Made by a program: the position numbers and the translations under genes. From the NCBI GenBank assembly GCA_022605425.2, contig JAKIMF020000005.1, positions 310,001 through 374,000 of the forward strand: a stretch of 64,000 nt of DNA. Reading direction: 5' to 3'. Each line of letters begins with the position of its first letter. Within the stretch, counting starts at the first letter, position 1. This stretch comes from Hamiltosporidium tvaerminnensis FI-OER-3-3 (lineage: Eukaryota > Fungi > Microsporidia). The notes below the pieces were generated by a model. The model worked only from the letters and a program-made list of their open reading frames with translations. It was not told the DNA's origin and made no database searches. Positions 33,541 to 47,255 of the stretch are shown one piece after another.

Positions 33541-35549
33541 TCCCCTTGTTTTTACTCTTTACGACAAATGTTTTTAAGAAGAAGTAATTTTATTATTTTT
33601 TTTATTTTTTTATTTTTTTGATTAGAGTATGGGTATGAGATTTTATAAGTAAAGTAAAAGAAAAAGAAGAGAAAAATATGATTTATGAGGTGGATATAAC
33701 AATTGAGAGTATAATCAATACAGTTATAGGTATTTTACTTTCTTAATATGAAAATTCATATCTTTTTATTTCTAAAGCTTTTGAGTTTATATAGGTGTCA
33801 GTAGATCAAGCTTTTATAATTTAATTATTTCGGAAACGTTTATAGTATCTTAATTCATATTCAAATATGTAGAGGCTTAGTGTCAGTAATTAATTCTATT
33901 TGTTTTTTTTTTTGCAGCATTCATATTCAAATATGTAGAGGCTTAGTGTCAGTAATTAATTCTATTTGTTTTTTTTGCAGTACAAACAATATTTGATTGA
34001 ATGAATAAAAATGGGCGGAAAGATATATTATAATGAGAAGTTTTCTTGTGCTGAAACTATTGATGTGTTTAAAAAAATTGACTTGAAAAAAGATGATGGA
34101 GAGATTATGCCAGAAGAGAATGGAGAGCGACGTTTAATTGACACTTGTCTCAGAGATATATTCTTGACTAATACTATCAATAGAAAACACATAGAAAAGT
34201 ATTTGCATCGAATCAAAGTAATTTAGAGGAATAAATCGTGAAAATAGAGGTACGAACTCGAAAGCTTTCAAATTATTTGGTTTACAGGTGAGTTCTGGAC
34301 CACATTAATCGAATAGTCGGTAGATATGCTGACTCTCATCTACTGATAATGAAAATCGGGTTTCTGCAATTACCCAAGTAGCCCAGGTATGTTTTAACAA
34401 GGAAACACAAAAATTCAGGCATTATAAGCGCGGAATGAATCCGTAAAAACTAAAATTTCAGTGTTAAACCTCAAAGAATATCTTTGAGAAAGCACATAGA
34501 GAGGGAATGCTCTTTTTTTTATATGACAAATAGTTGAAAGAAAACTATGCGAGAGTTTTATTAAAATTTAAGGAAGACACATGATGTTACGTAAATATAG
34601 TTAAGAAGAATGGACTACTGGATTTCTATGAACGGAATTAATTTTGTAAGAAAGTAGGAAGCAATTCCGAAAAAAAAACTATTTTTGTATGTTATTTCGA
34701 AATCGATATTATCGAGGCCTATCCCAAATGTGGAATAAAAGCATATTTTAGATCATTAAAAAAATGGGAAGTTTCCGGTTTAAAATATTGGACAAAAACA
34801 AATATTGGTACCATATGTTTTGTATTCTTACTATTTGTGTCATATACTCATCAAGCCAAGTTTCTTTTACTTTATGAATTTTTTGGAATCATAAATTGGC
34901 TTCTTAACTGGAAATCTGCTGCAATTAATGGTATATTTAATTATTATAACAAAAAACTTGTAAATCATAATAAATATCTTTATGATATTCAAAATTTATT
35001 TGTTTTGAAAAAACACCGTGCTCGTGGATCTGTTTTATTATTGGGTAACTTACCTTATTCCTTAAGAAGAAGTCTTACATAAAAGGCCGACTACAAGCCA
35101 AAAACTTTTAATTCAAACTTTTACAAGCTGACCACTAAGTGTGTTAAAGCAGTCAACATCTTAAATTAGAAGCAGTGGAAATTACGCTTAATAATTTCTT
35201 TGAAGTGGCTCAAGCAGCAAAAGAACGGGGCCTGTTTAATGTTGCACTATATAATGAGTATAAGAGGAATGTGAGACAACGTTTATATCTGTAAAAGCCG
35301 CAAACGATTCTTTAGATCAATCGTATTTAGCAACGATATCGTAAAGCTACATTCTTGTGACTTAATTCTAAAATTTAATACGGTAAAAAATATCAAAATA
35401 GAAAAATGCTATTGCAGGGCGCCTGGAAATATCATGGACAAAAAGATGAAAAGTATAATCATATAAGGGTACTGTTTGTTACGTTTATTATTTGTTTTGT
35501 ATATGGATCCATTGAGCGGAAATCTCAATAAGAAATAAAAAGGTGATAA

Positions 35550-36000
35550 TTTAAACAGAGGCTGCATCCCATTCTTACTTACTTATTTCGGTTTCGTTTT
35601 ATCTCTCGGTCTTGCGGATGAACAAACGAAAAGATCCCGTTTGTTTCTTTTAATCCGTATAACACGGGATTATGGGGGATTTTTCTATAGATTCAGCGTC
35701 GTTTATATTCCACCAAAATCTTAAAAATGTTTTTCAAACAATTCTAGACATTTATTGCTAAGGAGATAGCTTTTAATGGGGTGATCTTCTCTCTACCAAT
35801 CGTTGATTATATCTATTCTAAAATCGTTTTAAGCTGAAACTGAGTTTTCATTCTTCTTTTTGATTCATCTCCTCTCCAGAAAATATTTTTCACTAAGTTC
35901 CTTCTTAATTTTCATAATTTATCATAACATCTCGATCTGCATTGTATCAAACCAAGAAAAGGTGCAGTGGTTTGTAGGCTTTTCTCTTTTTTTTATTAAT
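35550..36000 (-). pseudogene. Decayed Ty3/Gypsy reverse transcriptase fragment
   Basis: IEKSP...KETNGSFRLF resembles the start of a Gypsy RT domain. Frameshifted. Confidence 0.4.
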
Positions 36001-36554
36001 TAGTAGATATTTAAACGGGTAGAAATGTTTATGTCTTTAGGCGCCTAATATAACATAAAGTGGTGATTTACTGATCATTACGACATTTTGTATTTAATCT
36101 AATTGTTTTCGTCAATATAAAGAAATTAATTAGTCCTTTTCTGTACTAATAATACTATATATGATGCCACTTTACACTGCAAGAAAAATATATTGTGGTA
36201 TAATTGTCATAAAAAAGTAATTTACATTTATTAAAAATCTTTTATAATTATTTGTATTCATATGAATTTATTTTTTACTTATAAAATCTTTTGTAAAAAA
36301 ATTAATTTGTGAATATATTCTAACTGATATAAGAATAATAATAGATTTATTTTTTATTCGATCAATTATATCAAAAATGATCAAAAAAAATTATTTTACA
36401 AAAATCATTAAAACCAAAATGGACTAATTATTTTTTCTTTCGAATTATTTTTTTTTTAATTTAAGTAATAATATTGACACTATTTTAACCAACGACTATA
36501 ACTAATTAATACTTTTATAAACTAAAAAAATTAGTTAAGTTACCCTTTATATAT

Positions 36555-37805
36555 ATGATGTATTTTCAAAAAGAATTCAAAAAAGAATATTTGCTTTATT
36601 CTATTTTCCTTGTTTGGATTCTGATCCACATTTATGAAATGATAGGTACAGTTATGTATAAACAAAAAATTCAAAGTGGAAAAAATCCGTTTTCTGAACT
36701 TAAAATGGTCACTAATTGGATAGAAAATGATAGAGATGTTTTTTTTAAAATACAAAGCGAACATTCAAATAAGAAAATATTGTATCTGAATTCTCACATT
36801 TTAATCGTGATTCTTCAATTGTTTATCTTTTCTTTCTTTATCAATGATAAATATAGAAATAAAATTATTGGATTTATCGAAAGAAAGCGTATATTTGAAA
36901 AAAATATGTTTTTTATACGAAGTCTTGATTTGTGTTGTATTGTAATGATATCTTTTTGTGCTTTTATAGTAGATCTGATTTATTTAACACGTATATATGG
37001 AATCCCTAATGATATTTCGCAGGCGGTTAGTTATGCAAGGTATTTAATTATTCCATTTTTCTATATTATTTTATATTTCTTTTTTTACAAATATGGAAGA
37101 TTACCAATGTATTTAATAATTGGGGTTTTGCTTTTGATTCAACAGTCTTTTATAAAATCTTTGTTGTTTCGTAATATTGACAAACTTTTACAGAATTATG
37201 AAAATTTTGATATAAATTTATTTGATGATAAGATTAAAAGAAAATTAAACGAATTCAATATTGAAGACAATGTTTACATATCAAAGAACCCCAATGTTAT
37301 AAAAAACATGGGTGTTGTAAAATATTTTACACGGATATTGGTTTTGATCCAAGGAAATAAAATTGAATATGAAAATAATCCCAAGATGTTAAACAGCATG
37401 TTTTCACATGAATTAGGTCACGTATCACGTGGCTATAAAGATATGATTTTTATATCTCTTTGTGAATGGTTATTAGATATTCTAATCATTTTTCTCATTG
37501 ATTTTTTTAGTTTTAGAAGTAGAAAATCTTCTAAACTTAGTAGATTTACAAATTTTTTTATTTTTTGCTTGGTATATTTCTTGATTTTAAGAGATTATAT
37601 TTTTGTTTTCAGTTTAATTTTGAAGAGAAACGAAGAGGTCTATGCCGATAAATATGCTGTAAGTTTGGGATATAGAGAGGAATTAGCTCATAGTTTGTTT
37701 AAAATTACATACAAATTTTCTTGTTTACAAGAGTCTAGCATTTATAATTTTATAAAATTTGTACATCCTAGCACTATCACGAGAATAAAAAGAATTTGTA
37801 GATAA
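36555..37805 (+). CDS. Peptidase M48 membrane zinc metalloprotease
   Basis: SHELGH, EVYAD and VHP..TRI motifs. TTACCCTTTATATATATG start context. Paralogue of 17636-18883. Confidence 0.9.
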   Translation: MMYFQKEFKKEYLLYSIFLVWILIHIYEMIGTVMYKQKIQSGKNPFSELKMVTNWIENDRDVFFKIQSEHSNKKILYLNSHILIVILQLFIFSFFINDKYRNKIIGFIERKRIFEKNMFFIRSLDLCCIVMISFCAFIVDLIYLTRIYGIPNDISQAVSYARYLIIPFFYIILYFFFYKYGRLPMYLIIGVLLLIQQSFIKSLLFRNIDKLLQNYENFDINLFDDKIKRKLNEFNIEDNVYISKNPNVIKNMGVVKYFTRILVLIQGNKIEYENNPKMLNSMFSHELGHVSRGYKDMIFISLCEWLLDILIIFLIDFFSFRSRKSSKLSRFTNFFIFCLVYFLILRDYIFVFSLILKRNEEVYADKYAVSLGYREELAHSLFKITYKFSCLQESSIYNFIKFVHPSTITRIKRICR

Positions 37806-37949
37806 AATAAAATTTTATTTGTGATATTTTAATTTATTGTTTTAAATTAAATAAAAATATATTGTCTACGAGATTTATTCCATCGAATTATTTTTAAATT
37901 GTTTTTGGACACTTTTATAAATTTCTGCTACCTCTTTTATTAATTCTTC

Positions 37950-39050
37950 TTCATCTAAATCTTTTTTATATATTTCTGTTAGATTCTCCTTTGTACTTAC
38001 CTCCAAAATATGTAGAAAGGTATTTTTTTGTTTTTATTTGTTTAATACCATCTTAGGGTTACTAGCTTGTCTAAAAGGAGGTATTGCTGCTTCGGGAATA
38101 TCGTTTTTATACATGCACTAATTTATGCACTATCCTAACCTTTTTCGACATCGGTTATGGTTAAAATCCTCTTTTTTAATAAAAAAAGATCACCTAGAAC
38201 GCCATTTTGAGTACAATCGAATAGATATATGTTCTTAGATTCGTTATATTTAAACTTTTTAAAATATGTCTTATTGTATTTTATCAAAATAACATCCCGG
38301 GTTATCAAGAAAGACATTTTTAGCGATACAGTTATTTATGAGGCGCACAACACATTGATAAATAGGTCATAATTTTTAACTTTTTTCTCTTAAACTAGGT
38401 GAAGTGAGTCTTTGGGGATTTTTTCTATCTACCCGAGAGTTATCATATTTTTCTTTTGTCTAAAATAAAAATAACATATCTTGTGTTACATATTTGACAT
38501 TGGTTTTAATTCTATGGTTAAGCTTATATCTGCATACACTCTTCAAGAATTTCTTGAATTGAGTGACGACTTATTCGCCTTTTAGACCAAACTTAAAATA
38601 TTTAGATGACTAGATGAGGCATCTAATCCTTTATTAACGTCTTCTAGTATAGTCTTTCCCGAGTCTTTTTTTCGCATCGTGTCACCGAATCCTTTACCGG
38701 TTTACCGGATTTTTACAAAATTGAAACATAACTTCTGCACGCCAAAATAAATTTATATCCTGTATATAGCAAAACACTGCTCCATCACATGGCTTTCTAT
38801 TCCATTTCTTTCCCAATCTAAAAGAGGCAAAACACTCATAATCTCGTTCATTTTTTCATTATTTAACCTTACTAGGGTTTTTGTTTTTATATTTCGTAAT
38901 ATAATGTTGCAATCTGAGTCTTTTCTACTTTCCTCTAATGAATTCCTCACCTTCCAACCTAATTTTACTTTTAAGGAGTTTTTTTTATCGTGCAATGTGT
39001 GGTTTATTATTATTCACAGGCTGTTGATTGTTTCTCTTCGATTTGATATT
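37950..39050 (-). pseudogene. Possible decayed LTR retrotransposon RNase H/integrase remnant
   Basis: Weak similarity of VLPLLDWE..CDGAVF to the RT/RNase H connection. No ORF continuity. Confidence 0.25.
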
Positions 39051-39443
39051 TACTTGCATTTTTCAAGAAAATCCGAGATCTAATGATAAACTAATATTAA
39101 TGAATATTTCTATAATTTTAAATATATTCTACGATATTTATTTATTTTGTCTTTTTAAAAAATGATTTCACAAAATCTTTTTTATTCATCATTTCTGTAA
39201 AACAATTTATAACCTATAATTCACATTCGATATTTAAATTTTAAAAGAAACATGCTGTTACGCTCGCAAAACGAACTTAATTTTGTATTCAACAAAAATA
39301 TAAAGATACACAGGATTATTTCCACAACATATTATCCTTAGCTATAGATGTTTGCTATATTTTTCGGGCTTAAAAACCCATGAACCGTTTGCTCGTATAT
39401 TTTCCAGATCTTTACATCCGCATTTTTAGCCGTTCCTATGCAG

Positions 39444-42400
39444 TTACTTACTTATTCCGGTCCTCTTATACCTCTCTGTATTAAAGAGGAACAAATGGAA
39501 CGCCAATATATTATGTCGCTGATAAAAGCCCCGGCATTTTCTAGGTCTATTTCTCTTTCCTGGAAAGTCGGTTTCAATGAGTCAAACCATTTCAGTCTTG
39601 TCTTCCTCTTAGTTGTTTGCCCATGCATCTTGCTCCATATGTTCGTTTAGGGATTCTTTCATTTCCATTCTGCTTATATGTCCAAACCATCGCGAATTTC
39701 CTTATCTATTTTCTCAAATAATGATTCCGTCAATGACACTCTCTGAACATCTGGTTTCTGATTCAGTCTCTTCTATTTTCCCTAAATATGTGTAAAAGAA
39801 ATCTTATTTCAGTGAATTGTATTCTGCTAGATCTGCTTATTGGAGTGCCCAGGATTCACAACCATATGTCAAGTTAGGAACATAAAGTGATGATTATTTA
39901 GCTATCTGAGTTTTGTTAGATATTTTTTTCTTGCCTAAAAATGCTTTGTTAATGCTTATACAGTCCTCCAGGACCCCTATTCTAGCGTTAAGATCTTTAT
40001 CAGGTCTTCCATCTGCTCTTAGAGTTTTTCCAAAGTATTCAAACCCTTCTACTTGTTTTAAAAGGACTTCGTCTAATCATATTGAGTGCTCTGTGTACTT
40101 CTTAGATATTACCATTGTTTCGGTTTTGCTTTTATTTATCCTTTATCCTCTGATCTTTTGGCCTATATTCTAAATTTTTAGATTTTCGTTTAAATATTGT
40201 TCTAATTTTGAGAACAAGACTAAGTCGTCGGCGTATGTCAATACTGTAAACTCGGCTTCTATCATAGACTATTTTTCTAGCTTAAACTGTCTGTTCTTCT
40301 TTTGCATTCCTTCATTGTTTCTCCTTTAAAATTATAAATAAAATAAGTGCAAGGTATATCTCTTTGTCTTACTCCAGAGGATGTAATAAGTTCATCTGAA
40401 GGTGTATTTCCGTTCTAACCATGTTTCGGTAAATCTTATAGAAGATTTGTATTCGTTTGCTAAGAATATTCTGTACACCTCTTTTATGTAAAACCTACCA
40501 AAGCCTAGACAACTGCACACTATCAAATGATTTCTCTGAATTAATGAAGCAAGTGTGAATATCATTACCATATTCGCTAATTTTCATAGTTGCGTTTTGG
40601 ACTTTAGAATTTATATTCATGATGCTTCGATTGTTTCGGAACTCAAATTGCTTTTTAGTAAAAGATGTTCTACTTGTATCTATTGTCTTTCTTACGATAT
40701 CCTTGTGTATATTTTTATTGAGACACTTAGTAAGGCTATTCTCTAGTGATTTTGGCGGTTTCTGTTATCTTCCTTCTTGTGTATTGGCGTTATTATAGCT
40801 ACTTCTCGATCTCGCAGTATAGCGGCTTGCCTCCAAGCTATTCTTATTACATTTAAAAGAAGGTTTTCCCCCTATTTACCCAGAAAGCTAGGAAACTAGA
40901 AACCATGGCATCATTTTTTTTGAGCTTTAACAATCTTCATTTTCTTAAAGGTTTCCTAAAATCAGTCTTGGTCTTTTCCCCTCGTTTTCATAATTTTACG
41001 GCTTATTATCATTAGGGTCAATCACTGATTTACGATCTTTTGAGCTGGCATTAGACAATTCGTGAAAGTATTCTCTTTTCTTTGCTATAACCTGTTTTCA
41101 TCCCATAAAAGCTCTCATTCTTTGCTTAGGACAAATTTTAGAGGACAGTCTTTGGTATTTCTCATTTTCATAAGACCCAGTAGAATAGTTTTTGATTTTC
41201 AGAAAAAATTTCCGTGCAAAAACTGTCCAAACTTTCCACAGCCTGTTTTTTCCGCTTCTCTGACTGCGTTTGTAACTTTTCTTTGTTGGTTTTTGCAATC
41301 CAGATAATTTTCATTCGAACTGAATCCTTTATATTCTTTCCATCTACTCCTCTTTTCTTTAATTCCTGTTTTTATAGGTTCAGATCACCATCTTGTCATC
41401 TTTATGTTTTTCCCACCCTGGTTCATATTTCCACAGATTTCTTCTGCTATAGTCAGTATTTTTGTTCTGAATATATCCCATGCTTCTTCTTGGTCTTCTA
41501 ATTTAGCATTTATCCCCATGACTTTTACTTTTTCACTAATCAGTTTTTTGAAACGGGTTTGTTTTATTGTAATTTTGGTTCAGCAATCTTTATTTATTCT
41601 CAGAGATTCTTCTTGTTATTGCAATACTTTTTCTTGCTCTTTTTTTGTGCATTAACTACTCTTTTCAGAACTAGTAAATTATTGTCGCTTCCTATTTTCG
41701 AGCTTCTCATTACCCCAGAGTCTCTGCGGCTTGTATGGCCACTTCTTTTTATCAAAATGTAATCGATTAAGACTTTTGATTTTTTGAAAGTTCAGCTGTG
41801 GTAAATTTATGAATCTCTTTGTATGAGAAGGTTGTGTTGGTGGTAATCATTACGTTGGCTATAAAGATTGTAGTAATCAAGTTAGGTGATTATTGCTGAA
41901 TTCTCACTTGAATACGCCGTTTACTCTTTCTGCCTTTTCAAGTTTGTTATTTACTCTGCTATTTAGGTCTCCAAGTTCATAAAATTTGTTATGATTGAAT
42001 CAATTGTAGAATAAAACTGTTCATAAAACCCCTCCTTGCTCTCCTTCAATTCTTTCTTATTCGGTGCATAGACTACCACCAGGGTTATAGTCATTATCCT
42101 TATTTTATTTTTAAACTCATTATTTTTTCATTGATGAAATTCCACTCACATATGTTATTCAATACGTCTCTGTTAAATCGGAAATCGACACCAGCTTTTT
42201 CCCTTTGATTTATTGGGACACCAAAATATAAAATAAGGAAGCCATCTTTCTTGGTTTCGCAACACTGTTTTTTCTATTTGGTTTCAGTCATTGCGAGACA
42301 TTTTACTTTTGTTTCGCTCATTACATCAACAAGTTCTTTTGTTTTCTCCGGTAAGCCTCTTGCATTCTATGTTCTATAGGTTAAAGTTTTATTGTGATGC

Positions 42401-42680
42401 CATTTCATTGGTTTTTGTTTTATTCCGTATTGTCCGCATTTGTTTCTTTTAATCTGTTGAATTTCGGGTGTACAGGGAATGGGCTTGCTCATTCCTAGCT
42501 TGGTGAATGGTGCGCCTACTAAGCCTCCGAGCCTGCAATTTCCTTATAGTACGCTGCCGCACTAAGTGGGTGCCCATCTCCAGCGGTGAGGACGCGACTA
42601 TCAAGAATTACCCATGTAAGTAAGAGTAGATATCTCTGGATCCTCCTGAGCTGAGAGGTCCTTGATCAGTGGCATAATGA
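39444..42680 (-). mobile_element. Near full-length RTE-clade non-LTR retrotransposon (APE + RT), pseudogenised
   Basis: APE motifs (NARGL, LAMTETK, VVVYAPN, GDLNSRV), RT LTYADDLVL at ~40230, LTYGCESW, WFGHISRM, a (TAAG)n 3' tail at 39444-39454 and a GC-rich 5' UTR. Confidence 0.88.
42546..42633 (-). ncRNA. Possible HDV-like ribozyme (decayed) in the RTE 5' UTR
   Basis: P2 AUAGU/ACUAU, P3-L3 GCG-UCCUCAC-CGC, P1 AUAUCUA/UGGAGAU (6/7 pairs), GG for P1.1, P4 GCAC/GUGC. J4/2 GGCAGCGU is non-canonical. Confidence 0.5.
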
Positions 42681-43199
42681 AATTTCAGAATATATTTACC
42701 TATCATATTTTTTCTATTCTGTTTTATTAGGATTTAAATTTATAGTAGTTTTAACCATCGCTTTTTTCACTCAATCAAGATCTCCATCTAATTTCCCCAA
42801 TTTTTGTGTTGTAATTCATTTATATAAATAATTTTCTTTATCCAAACAAAAATTTCGTCGTAACATGCCCAAATCGATTATCTATTTATAGTATAACTTC
42901 CTAATTATTTTTATTAAAAATCTTTAAATTTAATCAGGTGTTAAATTTCATGAAGCTATTCTTGCAATAATTGTTTTATAATATTATCATGAATAATATA
43001 GATAAATGGCACACAGGAAAGGTATGAAAGCATCAATATTATTATAAAATTGTTTATTTACAGTAAACTTCTCGGAAAAAGAAATTTTAACCAACTGATT
43101 TGTACTATTTTTAAAAAGAAATCTTTAGAAAATTAAAAAAAATATATTCTTCATGATTTTCTTGCTACATACTAAAATCTAGAAAATAATTTTACAATA

Positions 43200-43450
43200 T
43201 TTCTTAAAATATTTTTTTGATGAAATAGAATCTTTCACGTGTTTCATGTTCTACTTCTGCCCACAATTATTGGTTGTCTAAGATTATTGAACAAATAGAA
43301 AGAGATATATCTTAATCGAAGTACTCTTGTTGGTATCTTGTAATATTTTAAGCAATTAAACATTTTGAGAGGAGTCTCGTCGTCGGCATATGAATGATTA
43401 TCTAAATGATAAATTTATAGAATTAAATTAACATTTTACCATCTTAAGAT
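43200..43450 (-). pseudogene. Separate non-LTR RT fragment
   Basis: Minus strand CAT TCA TAT GCC GAC GAC GAG ACT = HSYADDET at ~43375-43398. Confidence 0.35.
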
Positions 43451-43532
43451 AAAGAAACATTGTAATATAATTGATTGTCTGTAATCTTAAATATCAACTT
43501 TGAAAAAAATAAAAGAAATTTTTTTTTCCATT

Positions 43533-43878
43533 TTTAAGATTGTATGAACAATACATAGTAATAGAGTAAATTAAATGAAATATTTTCTTTAAGATTGTAT
43601 GAACAATACATAGTAATAGAGTAAATTAAATGAAATATTTTCTTTAAGATTGTATGAACAATACATAGTAATAGAGTAAATTAAATGAAATATTTTCTTT
43701 AAGATTGTATGAACAATACATAGTAGTAATACAGTAAATTAAAGAAAATATTTTCTTTAAGATTGTATAAACAATACATAGTAATACAGTAAATTAAATG
43801 AAATATTTTCTTTAAGATTGTATGAACAATACATAGTAATACAGTAAATTAAATGAAATATTTTCTTTAAGATTGTAT
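43533..43878. repeat. 55-bp tandem repeat, about 6 copies
   Basis: TTTAAGATTGTATGAACAATACATAGTAATAGAGTAAATTAAATGAAATATTTTC repeated. Confidence 0.95.
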
Positions 43879-43965
43879 AAGCAAATATAAGATTAGAGAA
43901 AATTAAAGAAAATATATTTTATTAGTTTACATTTGTTTTTGTGGTTTAAAAGTATTAAAAAATAC

Positions 43966-45742
43966 TTATTTGAATGTATTGTTTTTCCAATCAAAAAAGA
44001 AACCGTCGATTGTTCTTGGATTAGAATTGGGAGGATTTGGATTTTGATTTCTATTTAATTTTTGTTTTTTATCATCTAAGTTTTCATCTTTGAGTGGCTG
44101 TGTTTGATTTTTAAAGATTTGTTGAGGAATAGTTTGATCTTTCATAATTAATTGTTTCCAAACTTTTAAAGTTTTGATTTGCTGGAATTTGTCGATTTTG
44201 TGACATATTCGGTTGAGGAATGGTTGGTCTTTCATAATTAATTGTTTCCAAACTTTTAAAGTTTTGATTTGCTGGAATTTGTCGATTTAAGGGCACATTT
44301 GATTGAGGAATGATTGGTCTTTCGGGAATATTTGTGTCCAAGGCTTTGAAGTGTTGATTTGTAGAAATTTGTCGAGTTGGTGGCATATTCGGTTGAGGAA
44401 TGGTTAATCTTTCATAATTAATTGTTTCCATATTTTTAAAGTTTGAATTTGCTGAAATTTGTCGAGTTTGTGGCATATTTGGTTGAGGAATGGTTGGTCC
44501 CTCTGAATTATTTGTCGCTGAACTTTTTAAGTTTTGATTTGCAGATAGTTGTCGTACTGATTGCATATTTGTAAACGTTTGGTGACCTTTTTGAACATAT
44601 GGACTAGTATAATATCTAGACTCTCTAAGATCTTGTAAGCCATAATTTATATGTCCTTTAGGGCTTTGAAAATCATTATTCCGTAAAATCGGTGTAGTAT
44701 GATTCGACATAATCTTAGGTGTTTGTTGTGGTGAAAATCTTACATTTGGAGGTGAAATTAATTCTTTGGCCATTTGAATGTCAGTAAATTCAACAATAAT
44801 TTCAAAATCAGTTATATTTTTTTTATAATTTATTTTTGTCTGTTCAAACAAATCATTGACTTGCTTAATCGTTGCAAACTTACTTTTGATCATTGTTCCA
44901 TTTTTATGTGTATCAATTTCTCTTCCCTTTCTAAAAATTACTTCAAAATATTTCGAAAATAAAAAAGCATTCATTGAAAAGAACCAACCATGTCCTTTAA
45001 ACTTAAGAGTTCTATAAAGTTTAGAATCCTTAATAACCAAATCTTTTCGATTCCCTCCAAAAACTTCGTTAGGAAAATTTTTATAAACTCTTCTCAATTC
45101 ATTTATACCACAAATAAGTTTAAATAAATCTTTATTTTTATTTTCTTTAAATTTGATGAAATCATATTTTTTTAAATTATATTCTTTTAATTTATACTCT
45201 TGAAATATTTTAGTAGAAGGATTCAGATCAAGATGTACACTTTCATTACTTATAAGTGTTGGATCGGGTTTCAATATAACTTTGAAGTTTCTACCATCTC
45301 TCATATCATATATATCCACAATACAATGATCACTACCAGGTTTTAGAAGATCAAACAGATCAGGATGTAACTTATTAAGATTAATACAATTAATTAATTT
45401 TTTTGTATATTCGTTATACGTATGTCTTGTCTCTGTATTTAATATTGTTATTGTTAAATAGTTTTTAAATAATTTTATTGTTAGTACATCTGTATCTGTG
45501 GTATAAATCTTTTTTGAAATGTGTGTGTTGTTTTGCATGTTTATATTCTTTGTGTCTGTATCTGTGGTATAAATCTTTTTTGAAATGTGTGTGTTGTTTT
45601 GCATGTTTATATTCTTTGTGTCTGTATCTGTGGTATAAATCTTTTTTGAAATGTGTGTGTTGTTTTGCATGTTTATATTCTTTGTGTCTGTATCTGTGTT
45701 GCTAATCTTTTTTGAAATGTGTGTGTTGTTTTGCATACCCAT
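43966..45742 (-). CDS. Spt20-like SAGA complex subunit, with an apparent 1-nt frameshift near 44134
   Basis: LTIKLF..YNEYTKKLINCINLNKLHPDLFDLL..CIVDIYDMR..VILKP matches the Spt20 domain. N-terminal 66-bp repeats and C-terminal 90-bp repeats; the last unit is 91 bp and shifts into the 43966-44235 frame. Confidence 0.65.
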
Positions 45743-47255
45743 ATTTAAAATTTCTATTACTTAATAATTTCTATTGCTTTATTATTTGAAACAGAAAGAG
45801 GGCTTTGTGTTTTGAAAATGTAATTTATAAATTATAAAAGGTAAGACAACTGTATGAAGGGTGGTATAAATAGTAAGAGATGTTTATTTGATAAATATGT
45901 GTGAAAGCAAAATGTAGATATAAGATTATAGGAATAAATATTAATTTATTATAGGTAGTATTTTATTATAGATTTTAAAATAAAGTTATAAATTTAAAGA
46001 AAATTTTGATTTTTTTGATTATCTTTGTATATTTCTATTTTATTAATTAAATTAAAAATCTTATTTTTGTATTTTGATAATATTTAGGCAGAAGAGAGAA
46101 AACCACATTAAAAACTATCTAATTGGTAGTGAATATGTGAGGTTGATGTGAAGCAGTCATTGTTTGGATTTTTAGTAAAATGAAAATAATATTATATTTT
46201 TAGTTCTTGCAGTGAAATATAGGTAAAAAGAAAAAGCTTCTATAAAGCTAAAACTTTAATACAAGCTATTTTGACTTTTAAGTATATAGATAAAAAAACC
46301 ACGAACAATTATGGCATTGATTGCTATGTAAAAGAATTTAAATCTAGCTTTGCTGACTCGTATCGGAAGGTTTAGCGCCTGTGAGAGGGAAAAGTAAAAG
46401 ACTAATAAAGAAAATAGGAAGAATAGAGTATAAACCGAGCCTACTGGCATGGAATTTTAACTCATATGTGAAACTCATACAGTTTGCCAATATATATCCT
46501 GACCGGATGTCTTTCCGATCTGATTATGAAGTATAAGTCGGAATGCTGCTAACCCTGGGGGTGTCTAATGTGAATTTCGACCTACTATCATACTCCGTAC
46601 AACGGAAATAAACGAAGACCAGGCAAGTGCTTCGTCTATTAATTTGGTTTTATCTACTCTTTAGATGATAGATTTTGAGATTTGGGTAGAGAATGGTACC
46701 GATTGAGTTTAAGGATGCCTTAATTGATGTTAAATCCAGAACTACGTAATATTTAATGAACAAACATAATACATGTCACTATTTCAAAAAGATGTGATAT
46801 TTTTTGAAAATAAATTGTGTAAAAGAAAAATGACTACGAAGATCTTGTACCCTATATAATTGGATGGAAAAACAGAATATAAAATGATTTGAAGCAAAAA
46901 TTCCCTGAAAAAAAATAAGGTGATTAAATGTTTTTTGTACAAAGACTGGTAAGAACAAATACCTATTATAAATTTTTTAGGAAATAACAAATAATATTGT
47001 ATGAATTTTTGAATCTCATTTTAAAATAAATGATTGATGAAGAAAAGAAAGTGATAGCCAATTGAAACGATTAAAAACCTTTTTTTTGAGCAAAATCCTT
47101 AAATTTTTTTTATTTATGGAAAAAAGGCACAAATATACTGCTTACAAAAGGTAAATTTTGTTTATGAGCAAATAAAATGTTCGGAAATGTGATAATTTTT
47201 TTGGCACATTAAGGAGGCAAAAGTATATAAATTTTACAAGAATACTTCGAAAATA

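Noticed and set aside
33568-34450. Possible spliced or decayed gene after a CCCC motif, with GT..AG segments and a duplicated ~63-bp block
   Set aside because: No consistent reading frame or recognisable domain could be assembled.
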